Shown: piece by piece, positions 30,105 to 40,918 of the stretch
Numbering within the stretch: the stretch's first letter is position 1
Layout of the letters: every line of letters starts with the position of its first letter
From: an uncultured Chloroflexia bacterium
GTDB lineage: Bacteria > Chloroflexota > Dehalococcoidia > GIF9 > AB-539-J10
Reading direction: 5' to 3'
Length of the DNA stretch: 64,000 bases
Assembly (NCBI GenBank): GCA_963726175.1
Contig: CAVSBM010000010.1
Coordinates: forward strand, 17,125-81,124
Made by a program: the position numbers and the translations under genes
Notes under the pieces: generated by a model
Database searches by the model: none
The model's input: only the letters and a program-made list of their open reading frames with translations
What the model was told of the DNA's origin: nothing

Positions 30105-31778
30105 ATGCCCATTCAGGTTTTAGCGAGTAACGTAGTCTCCAAGATTGCCGCCGGGGAGGTGATTGAGAGGCCAGCTTCTGTGGTCAAGGAGCTAGTAGAG
30201 AACTCCCTGGATGCCGGAGCCACCGCCATTGCCATAGAGAGTCAGGTCGGCGGAGTAGAGCTAATCAAAGTGAGCGATAATGGAACAGGTATCCCGGCTC
30301 CAGAGCTAGAGCTGGCCTTTCACAGGTATGCCACGAGCAAGATTGGCAACTTAGACGATTTGGAGAGAATCTCCAGCCTGGGTTTTCGGGGCGAAGCCTT
30401 GCCCAGCATCGCCGCAGTTGCCGAAGTGGAAATCTCCACCCAAACATCCTCAGAGACCACAGGCAGCTACATGCATTTAAGAAAGGGGGAGGTGGTTCGC
30501 AGGGAAAGCCGAGCCAGGCCTCAGGGCACAACCATGACCGTGCACCGATTATTCCGCTATTTCCCAGCGCGACTTAAGTTTCTCAAATCGGTAAATACCG
30601 AAAATAGCCACATCGCCCATTTGGTAAGTCAGTACGCCCTGGCTTTCTCCGAGGTTAAGTTCAGCCTGGTTGTGGACAAACGCCAGAGCTTGCACACTAC
30701 GGGCAATGGCGACCTGCGCGAGGTGGTAAGCGAGCTATATGGGTCCGAAGTAGCGCAAAGGATGCTAAAGGTGGAACAAAACGACGCCCTGACTAAAGTT
30801 AGCGGCCTAATCAGCCCGCCTTCCTTGGCTCGTTCTAATCGTAACTATCTCAGTTTCTTCGTCAATCGCAGGTGGGTGCACAGTCCCCTGCTAACGCGAG
30901 CTACTGAGGAAGCTTACCGTGGCTTACTTATGGATGGCCAGCATCCTATTGCGGTAATCAATGTCTCCCTGCCAGCTCAAGAGCTCGATGTCAACATCCA
31001 TCCTGCCAAAGCCCAGATAAGGTTTTGCCACGAACAGACTGTCTTCGGCAGCGTAAAAAAAGCCATAGAAGAGGCACTAGCCAGGACGCCTATAGCCAGC
31101 TCGAAGCCTGTGCCCTTTTCGGTCAGCTCCGGACAGTGGCAGAGCCCTCGCATGATAATGGATAACGAGCCTGTTTTTGCTGTTGCCCAGTTGCCGACCT
31201 TGGAATTACCTGTCTTAAGGGTGCTCGGGCAGCTAGCTAATACTTATATTATCGCCGAGGGACCCGACGGACTCTATCTTATTGACCAGCATGCTGCCCA
31301 TGAGCGCATACTTTATGACCGAATTCTAACGCAGTGGGCACAAAAGCAAGTGGAGATCCAGGGTTTACTCCAGCCCATAACCATTGAATTCAGCCCCAGA
31401 GAGGAAGAGACTATGAGGGTTAATAGAGAGCCTCTGGCCGAATTTGGCTTTAGCATTGAGCCTTTCGGGAATAGGAGCTACCTGATACGTGCCATACCAG
31501 CACTGGCGGCGGGGGCGAATGTCATTGAGATGATAAGCGCGCTGCTCGATAGCCTTGCCAGCAGGGAGAGTCTGATTCCCTGGGAAGAAAAGATAGCTGA
31601 GTCGTTAGCCTGTCATAGCGCCATCAGAGCAGGACAGCAACTAAGAAGCGAAGAGATGAGAGAACTAATAAAGCAGCTAGAGCAAACCAAGCAACCGCGT
31701 GCCTGTCCCCACGGCCGGCCAACCATGATTCATTTGAGTGCTCACCAACTGGAGAGAGAATTTCGCAGAATAAGCTAG
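30105..31778 (+). CDS. mutL: DNA mismatch repair protein MutL
   Basis: 557 aa. IAAGEVIERPASVVKELVENSLDAGA GHKL ATPase N-terminus and C-terminal ACPHGRPT motif. Confidence 0.92.
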   Translation: MPIQVLASNVVSKIAAGEVIERPASVVKELVENSLDAGATAIAIESQVGGVELIKVSDNGTGIPAPELELAFHRYATSKIGNLDDLERISSLGFRGEALPSIAAVAEVEISTQTSSETTGSYMHLRKGEVVRRESRARPQGTTMTVHRLFRYFPARLKFLKSVNTENSHIAHLVSQYALAFSEVKFSLVVDKRQSLHTTGNGDLREVVSELYGSEVAQRMLKVEQNDALTKVSGLISPPSLARSNRNYLSFFVNRRWVHSPLLTRATEEAYRGLLMDGQHPIAVINVSLPAQELDVNIHPAKAQIRFCHEQTVFGSVKKAIEEALARTPIASSKPVPFSVSSGQWQSPRMIMDNEPVFAVAQLPTLELPVLRVLGQLANTYIIAEGPDGLYLIDQHAAHERILYDRILTQWAQKQVEIQGLLQPITIEFSPREEETMRVNREPLAEFGFSIEPFGNRSYLIRAIPALAAGANVIEMISALLDSLASRESLIPWEEKIAESLACHSAIRAGQQLRSEEMRELIKQLEQTKQPRACPHGRPTMIHLSAHQLEREFRRIS

Positions 31779-31996
31779 CTTCCTCATTCTATCCGCGGCG
31801 GTAGATTCGATATCTACCTCACCTTAACCTTCTTCAGACATAGTATTAAGCAGCCTATATTCTTGAAGGTCGTGGTTGCGCCTTAAGTTCAGATCCTGGG
31901 GTCACTTTGCGGCCCAGGTGTATGTTAGAATAAACGTCGATCTATCGCGTTACTTGCCTTGAATTAACTGAATAAGGTCTTCACCGGGAGGTATAT

Positions 31997-33292
31997 ATGA
32001 TCTACTGGGCCCAGCTATTGCATTTCTACCAGCCGCCTACTCAGGTGCCGTCGGTGCTAAGAAAGGTATGTAATGAATCTTATCGCCCTCTACTTCACGT
32101 TTTTGAAGAGCATCCCAGCGCTCGGCTGACCGTAAACTTCAACGGAGTCCTAACTGATATGCTGATGGACTGTGGCCATAAAGACATCGTTGAGGGCTTT
32201 AGAAATCTTGCTGAGATGCGCCAGATTGAATTCACCGGAACTGGCAAGTACCACCCTATCCTCCCTTTGATACCGACAGAGGAAGTAAAAAGGCAGATAA
32301 GCTTGAACGCTCAAACCAATCGCCACTTTTTCGGTAGGTCTTATACACCCCAAGGGTTCTTTCCCCCGGAGATGTGCTACAGTCAACATATTCTGCAGCC
32401 CATTATCAACTCAGGGTGTCGTTGGATTATCCTTAGTGGTATTGCCTGTCCGGCAGACTGGCCGGTGGATATTATCTATAGAGCGGAGTGTGACGGACAG
32501 GGGATAGCTGTTTTCTTTCGAGACGATGTGCTCAGCAATAGGATAAGCTTTCGAAATGTGGAAGCAGCGGAATTCATCGCTCACCTGGAGGGGTGGCAAG
32601 GCAAGAGAGAAAGTATCTACGTAGTCACAGCTATGGATGCTGAAACCTATGGTCATCACATCCAGGGTTGGGAAAGGACATTCTTGGCTAAGGTTTATGC
32701 AGAACTGGAATTGCCCGCGGAGCCCCCTGAAGAGGTTGAGCAAGCTACAGTGCTAGCTGGGCAGCACGTGTCTCTGTTGACCAACGGTGAAGCTGCCACA
32801 AAAATCCAGATGGTCACCATCAGCCAACTTCTCGACCTTTTTCCTCAGGGTCAAACAATTGAGCCCAGGCCGTCCTCTTGGAGCACCACCGCCGATGATA
32901 TCAAAGACGGCAACTATTATCCCTTGTGGCAGGACAGAAACAATGAAGTGCACCGGCTTCAATGGGAACACTTGGGTATTTGCGTGGAATTGGTCAACAA
33001 AGCACTCCAGTGTGCCGATAATGAGGAGAGCCGGCGCTCTGCCGTAATCGCCCGTGGGCTTCTGGATCGAGCTGAACACAGTTGCCAGATGTGGTGGGCC
33101 AGCAATCGCCCCATGTGGGATATCAATCTCATACACATGGGCTTGCTTGATCAATGGCGAACCGTCGTTAACGCTTACCGGGCTATAAGCAAGAGCGGGA
33201 CCAGTGAACAGGCGAAACAAGAGTACTATCGCCGAGCTGTCGCTGCCAGGGATATTAGAAACAGACTCGAAGACAGACTGTTTGCACAATAA
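31997..33292 (+). CDS. Glycoside hydrolase family 57 protein
   Basis: 431 aa. N-terminal LLHFYQPPTQ and DAETYGHH match the GH57 pattern. GGGAGG SD. Confidence 0.75.
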   Translation: MIYWAQLLHFYQPPTQVPSVLRKVCNESYRPLLHVFEEHPSARLTVNFNGVLTDMLMDCGHKDIVEGFRNLAEMRQIEFTGTGKYHPILPLIPTEEVKRQISLNAQTNRHFFGRSYTPQGFFPPEMCYSQHILQPIINSGCRWIILSGIACPADWPVDIIYRAECDGQGIAVFFRDDVLSNRISFRNVEAAEFIAHLEGWQGKRESIYVVTAMDAETYGHHIQGWERTFLAKVYAELELPAEPPEEVEQATVLAGQHVSLLTNGEAATKIQMVTISQLLDLFPQGQTIEPRPSSWSTTADDIKDGNYYPLWQDRNNEVHRLQWEHLGICVELVNKALQCADNEESRRSAVIARGLLDRAEHSCQMWWASNRPMWDINLIHMGLLDQWRTVVNAYRAISKSGTSEQAKQEYYRRAVAARDIRNRLEDRLFAQ

Positions 33293-33412
33293 CACTCAAG
33301 GAGCGACCCTTTCTGCTTTCGACGGCGGCCAACACCAGAGTGAAGAGCGTCCGAATGCCGGTCGTTTTAGGTCTTTGATAGGATCCGACTTTGGCAAAGT
33401 GCCAAAATCCTC

Positions 33413-33730
33413 TTATGTCTTACTTTCCAGAAAAGAAATCCTCTCTGCTACTGCTTTGCTGGCCTGGATGCGAGACTTGGTCTTACCAAGGTCTTCCGCC
33501 AGCTTATCGTCCCCCACTACTTCCCGAACCCACTTGCTGAAATCGTTTCTTCCCTCACTCAAGTGATAATGAAAAGTCTCATCACTCATGTCAATTAGAG
33601 CTTTTCTAAGTTCCTTCACATTCTTGATAGTTTTGCCATCATGGCACCAAAAGCGTTTCCCATCCGGCACATCCCCTAATCGTCTCTTTGCTTCCTCCTT
33701 GCTAAGCTTGACAATCTTGATCATGCTCAC
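33413..33730 (-). CDS. Hypothetical conserved small protein within the glucan cluster
   Basis: 105-aa ORF with AGGAGG SD and a TGcTATAAT extended -10 upstream. Motif FWCHDG...NDFSKWVREVVGD. I cannot name the family with confidence. Confidence 0.5.
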   Translation of the reverse strand: MSMIKIVKLSKEEAKRRLGDVPDGKRFWCHDGKTIKNVKELRKALIDMSDETFHYHLSEGRNDFSKWVREVVGDDKLAEDLGKTKSRIQASKAVAERISFLESKT

Positions 33731-33922
33731 ACACCTCCTAACTTGACAGTATATCTAATTATAGCATAACGATGCCTTAACCCGAATCAAGAAGAGTTGG
33801 AGATAGTTGCCCCTAGCCAATAGTCTGACTGTGAACTCAGCGAAATGAAGCCTCTTTTGTTTGCATGATAACACGAGCAGCGTTCTGGTATAATAGCCGA
33901 CCAACTGGAAAGATAGGAGAAC

Positions 33923-36055
33923 ATGTTATCCGGATTGAAGGTACCTGAACGAATTGGCCGATTAGAGGAGCTGGCTAATAATCTGTGGTGGAGCTGGCAC
34001 CCCCAGGCGCGTGACTTATTCCGGACTCTGGATTATCCACTATGGCGGTTGAGCGGGCACAACCCGGTCAAGCAGCTGCTCGAGATCAGCACGGACAAGT
34101 TAGCAGCGGCTGCTGCTGAGCCTGCTTTTCTTAATCTATATGACTCTGTGATGTCGGCCTTCGATGCTGACATGTCAGATAAGGATAGCTGGTTTTCTAG
34201 CAAATACCCACATGTCTTAGATGGCCCTGTTGCCTACTTCTCAATGGAATTTGCCATACACAATTCTCTTCCCATATATGCTGGAGGACTGGGAGTTTTG
34301 GCAGGAGACATGTGCAAGGAAGCCAGCGATCTGGGGTTGCCTCTGGTCGGGGTTGGCTTCATGTACCCCCAAGGGTATTTCCACCAGCATATTTCCACTG
34401 AGGGTTGGCAAGAGGAAGTTTATAGGCAACTGGATTTTGATGAAGCGCCTATCAACCCCATCAATCCAGTCCATCGTTCTAAGTGGTGTGGCCCGTTGAT
34501 TCAGATTAAGCTCGGTGAGAGACCTTTCTATATCGGGGTGTGGCAGGTACAGTTGGGTCGGGGTGACCTTTATCTAATATGCTGTGATGTTGAAGGAAAT
34601 ATACCTCAGGACCGGCAGCTATGTGCTCGTCTCTATACCGCTGACCAAGAACAGCGCATCCAGCAAGAAATTGTGCTGGGAATTGGTGGGGTGCGTACCT
34701 TACGAGCCCTGGGCATCAGACCTTCTGTATGGCATGCTAATGAAGGACACTGTGCCTTTATGATGTTGGAGCGTGTCAGGGAAGAGGTAGAAAAAGGTGC
34801 TACCTTCGCCGAAGCTCTTCAAAAGGTGCAGGCAGCTACCGTTTTCACCACCCATACAGCGGTGCCTGCGGGGACTGATATCTTTCCCATCTCACTTGTG
34901 GAGAAATATTTTCACAGTTATTGGGAGTCCCTGGGAATCAACCGAGAAACATTTCTGGAACTGGGACGACAGTATGGCACAAGCGACCAGGCCTTCAACA
35001 TGACCGTGCTTGCCTTAAAAATGGCTGATCATCGCAATGCCGTCAGCCAGATTCACGGGAAAATTACCCGAAGGATGTGGCATGGACTCTGGCCCGAAGT
35101 TAAAGAAGATGATGTGCCTATCTCTAATATTACTAATGGGGTTCACTTGCCTACCTGGGTTGCCCGCGAAATGCGCCGCCTCTACGAAAAATACTTGGGG
35201 CCGGATGTGTCAAAAAAATATGATGATACCAACCTTCGAGAACTTGTGCTGAATATCCCTGACGAGGAACTCTGGACAGCGCATCAGGTTCTTAAACGTA
35301 AACTTATCGGAGCCATGGTAGAACGAGCACGGCAATGTTCTACCGAACGCGAATGCAAGGCTCGGCAGGTACTCGCTATGGGCTCTTTGCTTGACCCGGA
35401 TGTTCTAACTATTGGCTTTGTCCGTCGTTTTGCCGCATATAAACGGCCGGAGCTAATCTTCCATGACGCAGAACATCTCAAGCAGGTTATCACTGATAAA
35501 TCGCATCCAGTGCAGATAATCTTTGCAGGCAAATCTCACCCGGCTGACCTTCCTTCCAAGCAACTCCTTCACGACGTATACGTTTTGGCTACGGACCGTG
35601 AATTCCAAGGACGAATAGCTTTTGTTGAAGATTACGATATACATATGGCTCACTATCTAGTCCAGGGTGTAGATGTATGGTTGAATACGCCTCGCCGCCT
35701 TTACGAAGCTTCCGGGACTGGCGGCATGAAAGCAGCAGCAAATGGTGTCCTGCATCTCAGCGTTCGAGACGGCTGGTGGTACGAAGGTTATAATGGCACT
35801 AATGGCTGGGCCATTGGAGATGAGGTCGAAACATATGACCCAAGGGAAGAAGATAAGTCAGATGCCGCGGCGCTCTACCGTCTTCTGAAAGAGGAAATTG
35901 TACCCCTCTACTACCAACAAGATAGGAATGGGGTGCCGCATGGCTGGGTACATATGGTCAAAGAGGCAATTGGCTCGATCGTACCTCGCTTCTGCACACG
36001 GCGGGTCTTGAAAGAGTATATTGAGCAAATGTATATACCAGCGGCTCGCAAGTAA
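33923..36055 (+). CDS. glgP: Alpha-glucan (glycogen/maltodextrin) phosphorylase, GT35
   Basis: 710 aa. N-terminal LANNLWWSWHP segment typical of the short bacterial/archaeal alpha-glucan phosphorylases. EASGTGGMKAAANG PLP-site motif. Confidence 0.85.
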   Translation: MLSGLKVPERIGRLEELANNLWWSWHPQARDLFRTLDYPLWRLSGHNPVKQLLEISTDKLAAAAAEPAFLNLYDSVMSAFDADMSDKDSWFSSKYPHVLDGPVAYFSMEFAIHNSLPIYAGGLGVLAGDMCKEASDLGLPLVGVGFMYPQGYFHQHISTEGWQEEVYRQLDFDEAPINPINPVHRSKWCGPLIQIKLGERPFYIGVWQVQLGRGDLYLICCDVEGNIPQDRQLCARLYTADQEQRIQQEIVLGIGGVRTLRALGIRPSVWHANEGHCAFMMLERVREEVEKGATFAEALQKVQAATVFTTHTAVPAGTDIFPISLVEKYFHSYWESLGINRETFLELGRQYGTSDQAFNMTVLALKMADHRNAVSQIHGKITRRMWHGLWPEVKEDDVPISNITNGVHLPTWVAREMRRLYEKYLGPDVSKKYDDTNLRELVLNIPDEELWTAHQVLKRKLIGAMVERARQCSTERECKARQVLAMGSLLDPDVLTIGFVRRFAAYKRPELIFHDAEHLKQVITDKSHPVQIIFAGKSHPADLPSKQLLHDVYVLATDREFQGRIAFVEDYDIHMAHYLVQGVDVWLNTPRRLYEASGTGGMKAAANGVLHLSVRDGWWYEGYNGTNGWAIGDEVETYDPREEDKSDAAALYRLLKEEIVPLYYQQDRNGVPHGWVHMVKEAIGSIVPRFCTRRVLKEYIEQMYIPAARK

Positions 36056-36164
36056 AATTGCCCTCGAAAAGCACTCAACTAAACAAAATTAGACATACCA
36101 CCCCCGGGCAGTTAAAATAACTATATAATTATACCTATGATTTATTCGTTGAGGTGATGAGTAA

Positions 36165-37448
36165 GTGAAAAAGGTATTGGCTCTGATCCTCGCTGGTGGG
36201 GAAGGGAAAAGATTAAGTGTGTTAGGAGAAAAGCGTGCCAAGCCAGCAGTCCCCTTCGGTGGTAAATACCGTATAATCGACTTTGCCTTAAGCAATTGTG
36301 TTAACTCCGGGATCGACACAGTAGCTGTTATACCACAATATAATCCTCGCTCGTTAGCACGCCATATTGGTGTGGGCAAACCCTGGGACCTCGATCGTGT
36401 AGTCGGGGGGATTGCTTTACTCTCCCCCTTTGTAAGCACCAATGGAGAGATGCACTGGTATAAAGGCACTGCCGAGGCTGTTTATCACAACCTCGATTTT
36501 ATACAGGACAGCCGTGTTGAGCAGGTTCTCATCCTCTCGGGAGACCACGTTTATATCATGCATTATGAAGAGATGATTGAGTTTCATCGCCGCCAGGGAG
36601 CTGACGTTACCCTCGCAGTCACAGAAGTGCCTTTAGCTGAAGCCAACCGCTTTGGCATCGTGACTCTGGAAAATAACAGGGTGGTTGCCTTTGAGGAAAA
36701 ACCATCACAACCAAAAAGCAACTTGGCTTCCATGGGCATTTACGTCTTTAACAAGAATATCCTCTTCAAGGTCTTAGAAGATGCTCATCGCCGCGGATTG
36801 CAAGATTTTGGCAGCCAGATTATACCGGATGCAATAGACAAATATCAGATTTATGGTTATAAGTATCAAGGCTACTGGCGTGATGTCGGCACAATCGAAG
36901 CCTACTGGCAGGCCAATATGGACCTCATTATTGATTTGCCCCCATTTAATCTCTACGAACCTGGGAGTCAAGTAAGAACACCCTCGGTAGACATGCCCCC
37001 GGTGAAGCTGGGGCCAAAGGCCCAGGTAGGCAGAAGCCTTGTCAGCAATGGCTGTATTATAAACGGCAGCGTATTTAATTCGGTGCTTTCTCCCCATGTT
37101 TATGTGGAGGAAGGAGCTCAAGTGATAGACTCCATTGTTTTTGATGATACCATTATTGCCAAAGATGCTGTTGTCCACCGCTCCATCATTGACAAGAAAT
37201 GCTATATCGCCCAAGGATGCTGCATTGGCTATGGCGATGACTATGTTCCGAATAAGGACGAACCCGTATACCTAAATTGTGGCATCACTGTAGTGGGCAA
37301 AGGAGCAAGGTTGCCCCCAGGGTTGAAAGTCGGGCGAAACTGCAAGATCGATTCCGAGGTCCAGGAGAGCAACTTCTCTACCCTCTTTATTCCCAGTGGT
37401 AGTTCCGTCGCAGGCGGAGAAAACATTCTCCAAGCCCGATTTCAATAA
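36165..37448 (+). CDS. glgC: Glucose-1-phosphate adenylyltransferase
   Basis: 427 aa. LAGGEGKRL and [15 protein letters not shown] motifs, with a C-terminal left-handed beta-helix region. Confidence 0.9.
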   Translation: MKKVLALILAGGEGKRLSVLGEKRAKPAVPFGGKYRIIDFALSNCVNSGIDTVAVIPQYNPRSLARHIGVGKPWDLDRVVGGIALLSPFVSTNGEMHWYKGTAEAVYHNLDFIQDSRVEQVLILSGDHVYIMHYEEMIEFHRRQGADVTLAVTEVPLAEANRFGIVTLENNRVVAFEEKPSQPKSNLASMGIYVFNKNILFKVLEDAHRRGLQDFGSQIIPDAIDKYQIYGYKYQGYWRDVGTIEAYWQANMDLIIDLPPFNLYEPGSQVRTPSVDMPPVKLGPKAQVGRSLVSNGCIINGSVFNSVLSPHVYVEEGAQVIDSIVFDDTIIAKDAVVHRSIIDKKCYIAQGCCIGYGDDYVPNKDEPVYLNCGITVVGKGARLPPGLKVGRNCKIDSEVQESNFSTLFIPSGSSVAGGENILQARFQ

Positions 37449-38880
37449 TGAGAATTTTGTTTATCGCCTCTGAGGCTTTCCCTTTAGCTAAGGTAGGTGG
37501 ACTGGCAGATGTCACAAGCTCTCTAGCCATAGCCCTCCAAGACTTAGGACATGAGCCGTGTTTGATATTGCCTAAATACGGTAGCATAAAGACCCCCGTC
37601 CAAGACATTCAGGGAAAGAACGTTGTTGTCAGCTTTATGGGGCATTATGAGCAAGTAGCCCTGAAAATGACCAGGCTAAAAAAGAGGATACCGGTATACC
37701 TGGTGGAAAACGACGATTACTTTGGGACCGAGGAAATCTATACCCAGGACGAATTAAAACGCTTTCTCTTTTTTTCGCTAAGTATCCCCGGCATCATTTC
37801 CCAGCTTGATCTTCACCCCGATATTATTCATTGCCATGACTGGCATACCGCCTTAGTACCCTTATGGCTTAAGAAAGCAAATATGAAGCTGCCTTGCATA
37901 TTTACCATTCACAACTCTGGCTTATCAGGGCTCCTTCGACCAGCAATTTTTCCTGGACTCCGGGCTTTCCTCTGTATGGCAGGAATATATCCCAGTTAGT
38001 GCTCCCAGGCCATCGCTAAACTTCATGAGCCAGGGAATTCTTCTGGCTGACATTGTGACCACGGTCAGCCCTACCTATGCCTCAGAGATACTGACACCGC
38101 AATACGGTGGGGGCTTGGAGCAATTACTAAACTATCGGCGCAATGAGCTTTATGGCATAGTTAATGGCATTGATTATGATGAATACAACCCGGCTACCGA
38201 TCCTTATCTGGAAAGGAACTATGATTCCACTACGATAGAAAGAAGGGTTAAGAACAAACTTGCCTTGCAAAAAAAGAGCGGGCTGCCCCAAAACTCTGAC
38301 ATCCCTTTGTTCGGCATGGTGTCTCGCCTTGAGGAGCAAAAGGGGATTGATTTGCTGCTCCAGGCTATAGACCAATTCATCGTAGAAACAAGAGCACAGC
38401 TAGTTATTCTCGGTCAAGGAAGGAGCACTACCATAAATTGCTTGCCGAGGCAGCGCTGAAGTACCCCGATCGCCTCTCAGTATTCATTGCTATGATGAAC
38501 GATTGGCTCGCCTTATCTACGGCGGCTGCGACATATTCCTCATGCCTTCGCGTTTTGAGCCCTGTGGATTGGGGCAGCTAATAGCCATGCGATATGGTGC
38601 CATCCCTGTGGTGCGACATACCGGGGGGCTTGCTGATACAGTGAAGGACGTGGCTGAAGGAAACGGGAATGGCTTTGTGTTTCAAAATTATACCGTCCTG
38701 GAAATGCTGGAGGCGATAAAAAGAGCCGAGGAGAGCTTCTATCACCGGGCTGAATGGCAAAACCTGATGAGACACAATATGAAGCTAGATTTCTCCTGGA
38801 AAGCCTCGGCCAGAAAATACGAAGAGATTTATCTGCGAGCGCGGAATGTATGTCAGACAGGAGACATTATCCAGAAATGA
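37448..38880 (+). CDS. glgA: Glycogen synthase (GT5), frame broken three times
   Basis: [22 protein letters not shown] start. Pieces are 37448-37999, 38025-38459 and 38503-38880. Read-through by hand restores ...FTIHN|[12 protein letters not shown]..., ...GQG|[23 protein letters not shown]|[27 protein letters not shown]. Confidence 0.85.
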
Positions 38881-40841
38881 CAGAGGGAAAGGACAAAAGG
38901 AAAGAGGTGTCCTCAAAGGATAAGATAAATACTCAGTCAGTGCGCTATGACATAAGCATGCTGAGCAATGACGACCTTTTTCTCTTCAATGAAGGGTCTC
39001 ATTATCGGCTTTATGAAAAGCTTGGAGCTCATCCCCTAACGGTGGACGGAGTGGAAGGAACCTATTTTGCCGTGTGGGCACCTAATGCCAAGCAGGTCTC
39101 TGTCATGGGTGACTTTAACAGTTGGGATAAGTCAAGTCACCCACTGCGCCCAAAAGGGCAATCCGGTGTCTGGGAAGGATTTATCCCCGGTGTGGCTAAG
39201 GGCACAATCTACAAGTATTACGTTGTCTCTCATCACCGTGGCTATTGTGTGGGAAAAGCCGACCCATTTGCTTTCTATAGCGAAACGCCTCCCAAAACAG
39301 CCTCCATCGTCTGGGACTTAGATTATAGCTGGGGAGACCAGGCATGGATGGAGAAGCGACGCACTCACAATGCCCTTGATGCCCCCATCTCCATCTACGA
39401 GGTGCATCTGGGCTCCTGGCGACGAGTGTCTGAGGAGGGGAATCGCTACCTTAGCTATCGGGAACTGGCTCCCAGGCTAGCTGAGTACCTGAAGCAGCTG
39501 GGATTTACCCATGTCGAGTTTCTTCCGGTAATGGAGCACCCCTTCTATGGCTCCTGGGGCTACCAGAGCACAGGATACTTCGCCCCCACAAGTCGCTATG
39601 GCACCCCAGAGGATTTCATGTACCTCGTTGACTATTTACACCAGCATGACATAGGTATAATCCTCGACTGGGTACCTTCTCATTTCCCTAATGATGAACA
39701 CGGACTGGGATATTTCGATGGAACACATCTCTACGAGCACGGTGACCCGAGACAGGGCATTCATCCCGATTGGAACAGTTTTATTTTCAATTATGGTCGA
39801 CAAGAAGTGAGGAGCTTTCTTCTTAGCAGCGCATTGTTCTGGCTCGATAAATATCACGTCGATGGTTTGCGTGTAGATGCAGTGGCCTCCATGCTCTATC
39901 TGGATTACGGCCGTAAAGAAGGTGACTGGATACCCAATCAGTACGGAGGACGTGAAAACCTGGAGGCTATTGCTTTTTTGCGACGCTTAAACGAAGCGAT
40001 CTACCAGGAGAAACCTGATGTACAAATCATCGCCGAAGAGTCGACTGCCTGGCCCATGGTATCCCGGCCAACTCATGTCGGAGGCTTAGGCTTCGGCCTG
40101 AAGTGGGACATGGGCTGGATGCATGATACTCTGGAATACATGACCAAGGACCCCATATACCGGAAATACCACCATAATAACCTGACCTTTCGCCTGCTAT
40201 ACACTTTTTTTGAAAACTTTGTCCTGCCGCTTTCTCACGATGAAGTAACACATGGCAAAGGTTCACTCTTGGGAAAGATGTCGGGAGATGATTGGCAAAA
40301 ATTCGCCAACTTGAGACTTCTTCTGGGGTATATGTATGCCCAGCCTGGGAAAAAACTCTTATTCATGGGAGGGGAGTTTGGCCAATGGCGAGAATGGGCG
40401 CATGACGAGAGCCTGGAGTGGCATTTGCTTCAATACCCACCCCACTCCGGTCTTCAGCAGTGGGTCAGCGACTTAAACCGTGTATATCGGAGTCAGCCGG
40501 CCCTTTATGAATTGGATTTTGAACAGGCAGGCTTCGAGTGGGTTGACTGTAACGATGTGGAACACAGCGTGGTTAGTCTCATTCGCAAAGGACGGTCTCT
40601 CGACGATGTTATTGTCGTCGTGTGTAATTTTACCCCTGTGACCCATTTCAATTATAGAATCGGAGTGCCACAGCCAGGATTCTGGAAAGAGCTACTAAAC
40701 AGCGATGCCAAGGAATATGGAGGCAGCGGTCAAGGCAATCTAGGTGGAGTGGAAGCAGAGCCGATTCCCTTCCATGGCCGCCCCTATTCCTTGACCATCA
40801 CCGTGCCGCCTCTAGCTGCTGTGTTTCTTAAATCCTCATAG
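38877..40841 (+). CDS. glgB: 1,4-alpha-glucan branching enzyme
   Basis: GH13 motifs [30 protein letters not shown]. The start is placed at ATG 38877, which overlaps the glgA stop (ATGA). Confidence 0.92.
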   Translation: MTEGKDKRKEVSSKDKINTQSVRYDISMLSNDDLFLFNEGSHYRLYEKLGAHPLTVDGVEGTYFAVWAPNAKQVSVMGDFNSWDKSSHPLRPKGQSGVWEGFIPGVAKGTIYKYYVVSHHRGYCVGKADPFAFYSETPPKTASIVWDLDYSWGDQAWMEKRRTHNALDAPISIYEVHLGSWRRVSEEGNRYLSYRELAPRLAEYLKQLGFTHVEFLPVMEHPFYGSWGYQSTGYFAPTSRYGTPEDFMYLVDYLHQHDIGIILDWVPSHFPNDEHGLGYFDGTHLYEHGDPRQGIHPDWNSFIFNYGRQEVRSFLLSSALFWLDKYHVDGLRVDAVASMLYLDYGRKEGDWIPNQYGGRENLEAIAFLRRLNEAIYQEKPDVQIIAEESTAWPMVSRPTHVGGLGFGLKWDMGWMHDTLEYMTKDPIYRKYHHNNLTFRLLYTFFENFVLPLSHDEVTHGKGSLLGKMSGDDWQKFANLRLLLGYMYAQPGKKLLFMGGEFGQWREWAHDESLEWHLLQYPPHSGLQQWVSDLNRVYRSQPALYELDFEQAGFEWVDCNDVEHSVVSLIRKGRSLDDVIVVVCNFTPVTHFNYRIGVPQPGFWKELLNSDAKEYGGSGQGNLGGVEAEPIPFHGRPYSLTITVPPLAAVFLKSS

Positions 40842-40918
40842 TAGAGACGAGGTAGCTATTTCCGTGACACGCTGCAAGACTCTTACTTACAGAATATGCC
40901 AAGATTACCTGGGCACGA

